DNA from: a virus
Taxonomy: Duplodnaviria; Caudoviricetes
Direction: 5' to 3' (one strand)
Virus record (IMG/VR): IMGVR_UViG_3300032305_001455
Span: 1 to 50,953 of that record
DNA length: 50,953 bases
The notes under the pieces were generated by a model, which was not told where the DNA came from, made no database searches, and was given only the letters and a program-made list of their open reading frames with translations. The position numbers were made by a program, and so were the translations under genes. The first letter of the stretch is position 1; each line of letters begins with the position of its first letter. Shown here piece by piece: positions 35,913 through 43,722 of the stretch.

Positions 35913-36806
35913 ATGACGATTGTTCCGGCCACCGGCTTCATAAGCCGGGGGTCGCGAGTTCAAGTCTCGCCGCTGCTAGTAGACCCGTCCGTTTCGATTT
36001 GCCACACCCCAGCCGCGTCCTATCACGGCTGGCCGGAGGTGTCGTGCAGCAACCTGAAACTGCTGCGCGAATCACCGCTGGCATACTACTGGCGGCAAGT
36101 CGCCAAGGCCGCCCCGCCCCGGTCGAGTGATGCCCTCGACTACGGCTCGCTCCTTCATTCGTGGGGGGAGTTGGGGGAAAAGGAGTTCTGGCCCCGCGTC
36201 GAAGTCTGCCCGGACACTCTGGCAACTGCTGCCGGAGCGTTCTCCGCCAAGGCCGCCGATTGGAAGGCGAACCTTGATCCGGCGCGCATCCCGGTATGCC
36301 CGGCTGACTACAAAAAGTTGCGTGATCAGACACGGGCGTTGCTCGCCAACTCTGATGTCACCACGATCATCGAGCGGGCCATCGATGCGGAGTTCAACAT
36401 CAAGTGGCAGTGGAACGGCCACGCCTGTCGTTGCCGCGTGGACGGCGCCACGCCCGACTACTTCTTCGATTGGAAGACAACGCGGGACGAGAACCCGGCA
36501 CGTGAGTGGTGGCGCAGCGCGCTAAAGTTTGGCTACCACTTGCAGAGCGCGATGTATGAGTCGGCTGGCCTTGCCGCAGGCTGGCCTGCCCATCGCATGG
36601 TCTTCATCGTCACCTCGACGGTGTGGCCCTATGAGAGCGTTGTTGGCCCGCTGCCGCAGCGCGTGATCGACCACGGTCGCAGCGAGTGTCTGCGCCTGCT
36701 GGATGAGTTGCAGATGCGACTCGACTTGGACTGCTGGCATCGCCTCGATGCCCGTGGAGTGGAGGAGATTTATTTCCCGAGTTATGCCCTGAAAGGAGAG
36801 GTCTGA
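35913..36806 (+). CDS. RecE-like PD-(D/E)XK exonuclease (DUF3799 type)
   Basis: GGAGGT RBS 6 nt before the ATG. Motifs YH...SCSNLK, GSLLH, E...W...CRCRVD...DWKTT and GYHLQSAMY. Confidence 0.88.
   Translation: MTIVPATGFISRGSRVQVSPLLVDPSVSICHTPAASYHGWPEVSCSNLKLLRESPLAYYWRQVAKAAPPRSSDALDYGSLLHSWGELGEKEFWPRVEVCPDTLATAAGAFSAKAADWKANLDPARIPVCPADYKKLRDQTRALLANSDVTTIIERAIDAEFNIKWQWNGHACRCRVDGATPDYFFDWKTTRDENPAREWWRSALKFGYHLQSAMYESAGLAAGWPAHRMVFIVTSTVWPYESVVGPLPQRVIDHGRSECLRLLDELQMRLDLDCWHRLDARGVEEIYFPSYALKGEV
35930..35978 (+). mobile_element. attP: Putative attP core: 3' portion of a tRNA with CAT anticodon (elongator Met or Ile2 type)
   Basis: Anticodon arm CCGGC-TTCATAA-GCCGG (35932-35948), variable loop GGGTC, T-arm GCGAG-TTCAAGT-CTCGC (35954-35970), acceptor 3' strand CGCTGCT-A. 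No D-arm or matching 5' acceptor strand upstream. About 100 bp from the integrase start. Confidence 0.85.
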
Positions 36807-37555
36807 TGCCAAGGATTGGAAACATCGCCGTGTCTGTTCTTCGCGAGGAGAGCAGCACCACGGGCGCTCTGGTGGAGGCGCTTTGCTCCGCCCATCCCGA
36901 GTTCCCTCCGGTGCCTCTCGATTCCAAGGGAAGCCGCGACGGTCACTCCTACCGCTACGCCTCGATCTCTGCGATCCGGCGTGCGGTGATGCCTGCTCTC
37001 GCCAAGCACGGCATCTGGATGAACCACCTGTATGGCGAGAACGAGGGCGGCGACTACGTCGTGACGATGCTCCGCCACAAGACGGGCGAGTACATCACCT
37101 CGACGCTTCGCATCCCGCACCTCGCTGATGTGCAGGAGCGGAAGGCGGCGATGACGTTGCTCTGTCGCACGGCCATCGAGGGGCTGCTGTCCATCTCCAC
37201 CGAGGAGGACACCGACGCGCAGGGCGTGGCGGAACACTCCGGCGTGGACGAGGCAACCCAGAAGAAGTGGAAGACCAACATGGAAATCGCGGAGGCAGCA
37301 GTCGCGCTTGCCACCGATGACGCCACGTTGGCGCGGTACGTAAACGTGGCGAAGCAGCGTGTGCAGTCTGGGGCCATGCCCCCGGACGCAGTCGAGCGGA
37401 TCGAGTCCCTGTGTCAGAAGCGAAGCACCCACCTGAAGGAGAAGACCAATGCTGGAAACGAAGGAACTGTTGGAGATCAAGGCGAGGATGCTGCTGGCGG
37501 CGGAGGCGGCGTGGAGGATCGCAAGCGAAGGCGGGCAGTGGGAACTGGAGCCTGA
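36806..37555 (+). CDS. ERF-family single-strand annealing protein
   Basis: YRYASISAI...PALAKHGI, VTMLRHKTGEYI and EEDTDA. TGATG-coupled to the exonuclease. Confidence 0.85.
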   Translation: MPRIGNIAVSVLREESSTTGALVEALCSAHPEFPPVPLDSKGSRDGHSYRYASISAIRRAVMPALAKHGIWMNHLYGENEGGDYVVTMLRHKTGEYITSTLRIPHLADVQERKAAMTLLCRTAIEGLLSISTEEDTDAQGVAEHSGVDEATQKKWKTNMEIAEAAVALATDDATLARYVNVAKQRVQSGAMPPDAVERIESLCQKRSTHLKEKTNAGNEGTVGDQGEDAAGGGGGVEDRKRRRAVGTGA

Positions 37556-37907
37556 CGCATACGAACTCGTCACGGCAGCGCTGTTGGCGCTGAAGAAAGA
37601 CGCGCGTGCTGTGCTTGCTGAGTTGGACATCCTGCGTGGGATGACCCTTGGCTCGTTCGATTCGCTGCTGGGTTCGCTCGTTACCGGCAGTGTCACCGTG
37701 AAGGAGACTGAACATGGACGTTCAGGCGATGTGGATCGAGTGCAGCAGGAGGCGAGTGTCGGAGGTGGCGGCAGCGAACCAGATGACCACACAGCAACTG
37801 GTGGCGCTGTTCGACCAGACGGGGCTGACGGGCCGAAAGTTAAGCGATCCCGGCCCCGGAGAAATCGCCGCAGCAACCCAGCAGATCAGGAACGAGTGGA
37901 GTCCTGA
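37449..37907 (+). CDS. Hypothetical protein
   Basis: GAAGGAG RBS. About 85 aa of helical N-terminus, then a low-complexity tail overlapping the next gene. Confidence 0.55.
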   Translation: MLETKELLEIKARMLLAAEAAWRIASEGGQWELEPDAYELVTAALLALKKDARAVLAELDILRGMTLGSFDSLLGSLVTGSVTVKETEHGRSGDVDRVQQEASVGGGGSEPDDHTATGGAVRPDGADGPKVKRSRPRRNRRSNPADQERVES

Positions 37908-37959
37908 ACAGGAGCGTTCGCGATGGATCGCCGCCCGCCGCATGAGCGGATGGGTTTGA
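37714..37959 (+). CDS. Small HTH-like protein with DPxPxEI...IRxxWSPE motif
   Basis: AAGGAG RBS. RRVSEVAAANQMTTQQLVALF resembles a helix-turn-helix. Confidence 0.6.
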   Translation: MDVQAMWIECSRRRVSEVAAANQMTTQQLVALFDQTGLTGRKLSDPGPGEIAAATQQIRNEWSPEQERSRWIAARRMSGWV

Positions 37960-37989
37960 CACGGAGGTTTTTCACGGAGGGCCGCAGCA

Positions 37990-39564
37990 GTGCAGGGCGC
38001 AATGGATTGGATGGATGAGGAGTGGACAACGAGGCTGTCGCCCACGACGGCCTACAAGCCACGCCCGTATCAGTCGGAAGCAGACCGCCGTGTGTTTGAG
38101 GTGCTTCAGTCAACTGACCGCACCGCTCTCTACATGGCGACCGGCTGCGGGAAAACCGAAACCGCCGCCTTGCTACTGCAAAGAGATTGGGGCCATGCCT
38201 GCGATCTCTTCATCACGCCCCGGAGGGAGTTGGTGCGTCAGTCTGCTGACCGCCTTCGCCTCCGGGGCGTGGAATGCGGCATCGAGATGGCGGAGCAGCG
38301 GGCCGATGGCGACGGCGTTGTCGTGGCCTGCTACGCCAGCCTGCAAAGCCGCAAGCGCTACCAGCGATTCTTGGGCACGGTTGGCCTGATCATCGTTGAC
38401 GAGAGCCACCTGAACTACAGCCCGGCTGCGCTTCAGATGCTGGCGGAGTTCCGATCCTTCGGGGCGAGGGTGGTCGGCATGACCGCATCGCCGCCGACAT
38501 CGAAGGAGCATTCGCTTGAGGAGCATTACGGCCAGCCCGCCTACGTGTATGACTACGCGCAGGCAGTGGCCGATGGCTACCTCGTCGGCTGCAAGATGCA
38601 CCTTTGCGTCCTGCAAGACCTCGACCTCACCCGGTTCAAGGCTTCGTTCGGTGACTTCGACGCCGCTCGCCTCGACCGGCTGATGCGGCAGAAGAGCAAC
38701 GTCGCCTGGGTGGCGGCGATGATCGAGCAGTACTGGGAGGGCCAGCCCAGCGTGGTGTTTGCGTCTTCGATCCAGCATGCGGAGGCCGTGCGTGATGACC
38801 TGATGAGCCGCAACATTGGCGCGTCGATTATCCACAGCAGGATGGAGCAGGAGGAGCAGCAACTGCACCTCTCGGACTTCATGTCCGGTCGGACGCAACT
38901 CATTATCAACGTGGGCATCCTGACACTGGGGTGGGATGCACCAAACGTCCGCAAACTTTTCATGGCCCGGCCTACCGCCAGTACCTGTCTCTACCTCCAG
39001 ATGTTCGGGCGAGGCACGCGCACGCTGCCGGGAGTGATCGACGGCCTCTCAAGCGTGGAGGCCCGGCTGGCCGCTATCGCTGCCTCCGACAAGCCCTGCT
39101 TTGAGGTGTATGACATCACGGACAGCAGCCGCCACAACGATCTGAAGACGGCTCTGTCGATCCTCCGGCCATCGCTCGATGACCGGCTGATGAAGCGGGT
39201 GCGCAACCGCATCATGCGGAAGCCCGTCAATGCCGTGGAGATGGACGCGCTGATCGAGGAGGAGCGCCGCATCCTCGCCGCCCAGCAGGCGGAACTCGAC
39301 CGGGCCGAGATGGCAAAGCGCAACCATATCAGGGTGGACGGCACGGTAACGGCGTATGAGCGGGACGCGATGGCCGACGCCGAGGGCCGCCCCGGCACGC
39401 GCCGCACCACCGACTACTGGTGGATGCCATACGGGCGATTCAAGGGCAGAGGCTTCAAGCAGATTCACCAGCAAGCGCCGTGGTATCTGCGCTCGATCCT
39501 GCCCCACGTGCGCGATGAGGGGCTGGCGAGGAACATCAGGAAGTTCCTCGCTGGCCGCTCTTGA
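37990..39564 (+). CDS. Superfamily 2 DExH helicase with C-terminal DUF3820-like domain
   Basis: Q-motif PRPYQ, MATGCGKT, IVDESH, GMTASP, LTLGWDAP, QMFGRGTR, and C-terminal MPYGRFKG. Confidence 0.92.
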   Translation: MQGAMDWMDEEWTTRLSPTTAYKPRPYQSEADRRVFEVLQSTDRTALYMATGCGKTETAALLLQRDWGHACDLFITPRRELVRQSADRLRLRGVECGIEMAEQRADGDGVVVACYASLQSRKRYQRFLGTVGLIIVDESHLNYSPAALQMLAEFRSFGARVVGMTASPPTSKEHSLEEHYGQPAYVYDYAQAVADGYLVGCKMHLCVLQDLDLTRFKASFGDFDAARLDRLMRQKSNVAWVAAMIEQYWEGQPSVVFASSIQHAEAVRDDLMSRNIGASIIHSRMEQEEQQLHLSDFMSGRTQLIINVGILTLGWDAPNVRKLFMARPTASTCLYLQMFGRGTRTLPGVIDGLSSVEARLAAIAASDKPCFEVYDITDSSRHNDLKTALSILRPSLDDRLMKRVRNRIMRKPVNAVEMDALIEEERRILAAQQAELDRAEMAKRNHIRVDGTVTAYERDAMADAEGRPGTRRTTDYWWMPYGRFKGRGFKQIHQQAPWYLRSILPHVRDEGLARNIRKFLAGRS

Positions 39565-39851
39565 CACGCCAATACAACCGACCACGACGCCGCTGCTTCA
39601 TTCACTCGTTCGGATGCAGCGGGATAGAAATCAAAAACCGGCGAGCCTAAACAAAGCCTGCCTACGCAGGAGCGGCTAGTCCGCGCAAGTCAGACCAAAG
39701 CAGCACGAAGTCCCGTAGCCCTACCGGGGGAGCGGGCAAGTTGAGGCTAGACCCTAATAAGGCTGTGGAGGTTCTCGGCACAGGATGCCAGAGGCAGGGG
39801 ACTTCCCCCTACCTCAACTGAACCGGGTGCGCACTGAAAGGAGCGGGAGCG
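39565..39851 (+). ncRNA. Candidate structured RNA or replication origin
   Basis: Longest intergenic gap in the window, with several nested helices (see findings). TTGACA at 39561. Strand and function inferred. Confidence 0.35.
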
Positions 39852-40127
39852 ATGACAGAAGCGACGATGACGTTTGGCCGCCACCGTGGCGAGCCTGCCA
39901 ACGAGGTGTCGATTGAGTACTTGCTGTGGGCCGCGTCGAGCATGCCCACGCCGCCACCATGCGTGGTCGAGGAACTGAAGCGGCGGGCCGAGAAGCACGG
40001 CAGCAGGGAGGCAGTGGACGCTGCTGCGGCTGTGTCATCGCTGACCTACCGGCAGGCCAAGACCAAGGGCAAGAAGAAGCGCAAGCAGTGGCGCCGATTC
40101 AAGGCCAATCGCCTCCGGGGGCGCTAG
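39852..40127 (+). CDS. DUF3820-like small protein with basic tail
   Basis: MTFGRHRGEP..EV..EYLLW motif. Confidence 0.7.
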   Translation: MTEATMTFGRHRGEPANEVSIEYLLWAASSMPTPPPCVVEELKRRAEKHGSREAVDAAAAVSSLTYRQAKTKGKKKRKQWRRFKANRLRGR

Positions 40128-40203
40128 TGAAATACCCACTGCAATAGTCGCTATTGACAAGCCCGGACACTAGGCGTGTCACCCAACCCCAGAGGACATA
40201 AAC

Positions 40204-40557
40204 ATGCAAGCGATGATGGATTTCGGGCGCATTCGCATTACCGCCGAGGGCGATGCCAAGGAGGTGTTCGCGGAACTGGCGAGGGCCGCCGAGGTCTTCG
40301 GCCAGAGCAAGTGCGGTGCCTGCGGCAGCGAGGACACCACGCCCGTGGTGCGCGAGATCGAGGGCAACACGTACTACGAGATGAAGTGCAACTCCTGCGG
40401 CTGCTGCCTTGGCTACGGCCAGAGGCGGCAGGACGGCGCGCTGTTCCCCCGCCGCAAGAAGGACGATCAGTGGTTGCCCAAGCGCGGCTGGATCGATCCC
40501 CGGCAGAAGCAGGGCGCGGGCATCAATCACGCGAACGACGCCGACACCCCCTTCTGA
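40204..40557 (+). CDS. Zinc-ribbon protein with SSB-like acidic C-terminus
   Basis: CGAC...CNSC, ends NDADTPF, AGAGGA RBS. Confidence 0.7.
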   Translation: MQAMMDFGRIRITAEGDAKEVFAELARAAEVFGQSKCGACGSEDTTPVVREIEGNTYYEMKCNSCGCCLGYGQRRQDGALFPRRKKDDQWLPKRGWIDPRQKQGAGINHANDADTPF

Positions 40558-41042
40558 TGCTCAACATCCACGCCATGCCCGTGATCGAAATGCCCTGCTA
40601 CATCGCAGAGCAGTGTCGCGGTCTGTGCAACGACGGCAGCGAGATGCAGGGACTATTCGACAGGGTAGCCCTGCTCTCGCTGCGTGAGCAGGACTACGCA
40701 GCACGCATCGCCTACTGCTGGTCGCGCGACGGTGACGATCTGGAGGTGATCGGCTGGGCGTCGATCAGCGAGTGGGCTGTCGGTGACGAAGTACGCATCC
40801 AAGCGCAGGGGTTCGTCCATGAGGACTATCGGCAGCGCGGCATCGCGCTCGCCTTGTGCATCGCCCTGACGCATGACCTTCCGAGGGAGTCGCTGCCGGT
40901 TGCAGTGTTCAGCCCGGAGTTCTTCCGCATCGCACAACGACTGAAATGGCAAGCCACGGAATACACGCTGGTGGACGATGGATGGATCGGAGTTGGCTCG
41001 ACTGATGGGCGACACATCGGAACCGGGACTGACGAAGGCTGA
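40557..41042 (+). CDS. GNAT-family acetyltransferase
   Basis: VIGWA strand and acetyl-CoA motif A FVHEDYRQRGIALAL. TGATG start (ORF track start at 40176 not favoured). Confidence 0.75.
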   Translation: MLNIHAMPVIEMPCYIAEQCRGLCNDGSEMQGLFDRVALLSLREQDYAARIAYCWSRDGDDLEVIGWASISEWAVGDEVRIQAQGFVHEDYRQRGIALALCIALTHDLPRESLPVAVFSPEFFRIAQRLKWQATEYTLVDDGWIGVGSTDGRHIGTGTDEG

Positions 41043-41400
41043 CTACATGCTGATGCACCAGCGGTGCGCAGTATGTCACTGGCCTGCGGAAAGGTGGGGC
41101 AGACATCTTGAGTTACATCACATCGTTGGCGGAGCAGGCAGGAAGGACTTGCCTTGCGGTAGCAACTGGCTGTGTCTGTGCGGGCGATGCCATTACGCGC
41201 TTCACTCTGCAAGGATGCCGGGCTATGGCGATCTCACGAAGGGCGCGATCCTTACGGCAAAGATCGAGGAAGACGGCCCCGTCGATGAACAGAAACTGGC
41301 GGCCCTCAAGCACCGAAGGTGCCTGCCCTACGATCAATGCTCGATACCCGAGGAATATCTAGCCGACCGACATCGGCGTGGAGGTGAACCGTGGCCTTGA
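41005..41400 (+). CDS. HNH endonuclease
   Basis: CAVC...LELHHI...NWLCLCGRCH. Start 41005 or 40978. Confidence 0.8.
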   Translation: MGDTSEPGLTKADYMLMHQRCAVCHWPAERWGRHLELHHIVGGAGRKDLPCGSNWLCLCGRCHYALHSARMPGYGDLTKGAILTAKIEEDGPVDEQKLAALKHRRCLPYDQCSIPEEYLADRHRRGGEPWP

Positions 41401-41813
41401 ATAGCCGTGCCAAAGGCAAGGTGGGAGAACTTAGTGCGGTGGCTGCTCTCGCAGAACTGTTCGGCTGGAGCGGGCGGCGCACCCAGCAGCGAACCGGCTG
41501 GAGCGACGGCAACTCGCCCGACATCGAGATCGACCAAACCCCAGACCTGTTCTGGGAGATCAAGCGAGTCGAGCGCTGCAACATTCCCCGTGCCCTGACG
41601 ATTGCAGTGAAGCAGTGCGGTCGCCGCTGCCCAGTAATCATGCACCGCCCCAACCGCAGCCCAAATGGCTGGATGCTGACCATCCGCTTGACCGATCTTC
41701 CAAGGCTTTGCCATGCGTACACGACGGCAACTGACTCCGAGGCTGCGGCGGGTAGTCCGCTGGCTGCGGCGGCAGTACCCATTGCGGATGCCCGTCACAG
41801 TCCGGGTGGTTGA
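41391..41813 (+). CDS. Holliday junction resolvase-like PD-(D/E)XK nuclease
   Basis: NSRAKGKVGE, RRTQQ, SPDI and WEIKR. Confidence 0.75.
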   Translation: MALNSRAKGKVGELSAVAALAELFGWSGRRTQQRTGWSDGNSPDIEIDQTPDLFWEIKRVERCNIPRALTIAVKQCGRRCPVIMHRPNRSPNGWMLTIRLTDLPRLCHAYTTATDSEAAAGSPLAAAAVPIADARHSPGG

Positions 41814-42030
41814 CAACCAGCCCGATCTGCATGGCCTCGCCATCTGGGGTAACGGGCGCGGCCTGATCCGGCTGTCGCCAGACACGGACACGGTAATGGT
41901 GGAGTCGCTAGTCGAGGAGTGGAGCCATCTCGCTAGAGCCGAGTGCCCGATACCAATCGAAGACGATCACGACGCTTTGTTCTGGGCCATTTATGCGGCC
42001 ATATCAATGAAGATGAGGGGAGAGACATGA
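41713..42030 (+). CDS. Minimal zincin-like protein (degenerate HExxH)
   Basis: IRLS...SLVEEWSH...HDALFW resembles SprT-like HEWAH...H...F with the first His replaced by Glu. Confidence 0.45.
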   Translation: MRTRRQLTPRLRRVVRWLRRQYPLRMPVTVRVVDNQPDLHGLAIWGNGRGLIRLSPDTDTVMVESLVEEWSHLARAECPIPIEDDHDALFWAIYAAISMKMRGET

Positions 42031-42326
42031 GTGACACGCCGCTGCCGCCACCGGCAGAGCAACTGCTGCATACCGCTATCGAGGCGGTGACCGACCGGCG
42101 CTCTACCTACGGGCCGCCGGGCGCACACTTTGCCCGGACGGTCGGAGCGATCAACGCGATCTTCGGCCACAAACTGCGGGAGCCGCTGACCGTCAGCGAT
42201 TGGGCGCAGATCATGGTGCTGGACAAACTGTCCCGGCATCAGGGCAGGCCCATCGATGACAACCCCGTTGACGTTGCGGGCTACGCAGCCTGCTGGTGGG
42301 AGTGCATGATTCGGGAAGGCGCATGA
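42027..42326 (+). CDS. DUF6378-like phage protein
   Basis: DRRSTYGPP..HF, MVLDKLSR and DNPVDVAGYAA. ATGA overlaps. Confidence 0.8.
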   Translation: MSDTPLPPPAEQLLHTAIEAVTDRRSTYGPPGAHFARTVGAINAIFGHKLREPLTVSDWAQIMVLDKLSRHQGRPIDDNPVDVAGYAACWWECMIREGA

Positions 42327-42724
42327 ACCAGATGGACAACGTAGTAGAGGCTGGCCTTGAAGGGCTGGCGGCACAAGAAATCGCTGGCGCGTACAAGGCG
42401 CTGTGCGGCATGATGCTTGTCCAGACGGCCATCGCGTTTAAGCGCAAGCCGTGCAGGCGCAAGGACACGGCGAGGGAGAGGGTAGCGGCGAGAGAGTGGG
42501 TGACGAACGAGGGCGGAGTCCTGACGTTCGGGGAATGCTGCGAGGTGATGGGGATGGACAAGGAATGGACACGGCAAGCCTTGCATGGCCTTGCTGAAGC
42601 AGAGCAACTGCCCCCCATAAACCGTGTAGTGTTTGGAGTAAATCGCAATGCCTATCTCGCAGATGCCGATTGCCGTGGCGCAGGAAGCCACGGGCCTGAA
42701 TGCCCAACTGGCCGCGTACCTTGA
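42323..42724 (+). CDS. Hypothetical protein
   Basis: ATGA-coupled; AREW...TFGECCEVMG motif. Confidence 0.6.
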   Translation: MNQMDNVVEAGLEGLAAQEIAGAYKALCGMMLVQTAIAFKRKPCRRKDTARERVAAREWVTNEGGVLTFGECCEVMGMDKEWTRQALHGLAEAEQLPPINRVVFGVNRNAYLADADCRGAGSHGPECPTGRVP

Positions 42725-43022
42725 GGTCGCCCGGCAGAAAGCCGGGGATGGACTGACGGTAGCGGAACTCACGGAACTGGTGCTGGGCGCGATCCGCCTG
42801 TCCATCGCTGCCGTGGACACGCTGTCGGCCCCCGGTGCCGACAAGAAGGCCACCGTTGTGGAGATGGCCGCTGCGGTATTCGATCAGTTTGCCGACCTCG
42901 CCATCCCGCTGGCGTTGCGCCCGGTGTGGTGGCTGCTCAAGCCCGCCGTCCGATCCCTCGTCTGCTCCCTCGCGGCCGGTGCCGTCGAGGTTCTCCTGCC
43001 TTTGGTGAGGCAATCGAAATGA
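42648..43022 (+). CDS. Hydrophobic protein, first gene of the candidate lysis cluster
   Basis: GGAG RBS, amphipathic/hydrophobic helices, GADKK motif. Confidence 0.55.
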   Translation: MPISQMPIAVAQEATGLNAQLAAYLEVARQKAGDGLTVAELTELVLGAIRLSIAAVDTLSAPGADKKATVVEMAAAVFDQFADLAIPLALRPVWWLLKPAVRSLVCSLAAGAVEVLLPLVRQSK

Positions 43023-43273
43023 GTCTGGTATGGGTACTCGTCGCCGCCGCCGCCGTGCTGCTCCTGTGGCCCTCGACCAAGCCGCAGCCCCTGCACATCC
43101 CTCCGATCAGCCCGGTCGAGCCGCCGAAGCGGCGCGAGCCGTCCTACGTGGATGCGGTGGTCTGCCTCCAGACGGTGCGCACCCGGCTGGTGAACACCTC
43201 CAAACTGGAGGAGGCGCAGGGCAAGGCCATCGCAGCGTTGACTCTGGCACTTTCCGATGGGAGCGAGCAATGA
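43019..43273 (+). CDS. Small membrane protein
   Basis: N-terminal TM segment LVWVLVAAAAVLLLW; ATGA-coupled. Confidence 0.6.
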   Translation: MSLVWVLVAAAAVLLLWPSTKPQPLHIPPISPVEPPKRREPSYVDAVVCLQTVRTRLVNTSKLEEAQGKAIAALTLALSDGSEQ

Positions 43274-43722
43274 GGGGCCGCCTTGCCGTCCTGCTGCTGG
43301 TTGCCGCTGTGATCGCATGGGCGCTCGCGTCAGCCCCGACGCCGCCTTCCCCTGCCCCGGCACCCCCGGCGGCCATCGACCTTGTGGGCGCATTTCAGGG
43401 GGCCACAGCAGCGGATGACGCCGCCACCCTTGCTGCGATGGCTGACGAGATAGCGGACATCATCGAGTGGGACGGCAGGCAGGAGTCGCCCATGCTCAAG
43501 ACCGGGCGGATGCTTGATGAACTGCGCACCCAAACAAGGGAGTTCATGTGCAGGGGCGAGTCGCTTGGCGAGAAGCACCCGGCTGCACGCACGGCCATTG
43601 GCGCGTACTTGGATGAGCAACTAGGGAACGGCGGGGGCGAGGTGACTCCAGAGCAGCGGGCCAAGTGGGTCGGCGCTTACCGTGAGATCGCGAGGTCAGC
43701 CCGCCATGCGATTGCGCAGTGA
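43270..43722 (+). CDS. Signal-anchored helical protein
   Basis: MRGRLAVLLLVAAVIAWALA followed by a Pro-rich linker. Confidence 0.65.
   Translation: MRGRLAVLLLVAAVIAWALASAPTPPSPAPAPPAAIDLVGAFQGATAADDAATLAAMADEIADIIEWDGRQESPMLKTGRMLDELRTQTREFMCRGESLGEKHPAARTAIGAYLDEQLGNGGGEVTPEQRAKWVGAYREIARSARHAIAQ

Noticed and set aside
35900-35981. Complete phage tRNA-Met gene
   Set aside because: No D-arm and no 5' strand able to pair with CGCTGCT upstream, and no CCA. Only the 3' portion is present, as expected for attP.
37956-37980. CACGGAGG direct repeat as an iteron
   Set aside because: Only two copies, and the second serves as the helicase RBS.
4270-39564. Inteins or introns in terL, portal or helicase
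   Set aside because: Motif spacing is normal, with no C/S...HN splice motifs or frame breaks.
39588-39597. CGCCGCTGCT identical to the end of the tRNA-like core (second att site)
   Set aside because: Only 10 GC-rich bases with no T-arm; plausible by chance.
40176-40556. 288-aa GNAT with N-terminal extension, as in the ORF track
   Set aside because: The extension overlaps the better supported 40204..40557 gene. The TGATG-coupled start at 40557 fits better.
3759-42724. Long same-strand overlaps (e.g. 4270-4481, 8547-8722, 37449-37555, 37714-37907, 41713-41813) as a sign of recoding or dual coding
   Set aside because: The overlapping tails are low-complexity run-ons expected at high GC. TAA, TAG and TGA all end genes normally, so no stop reassignment is indicated.
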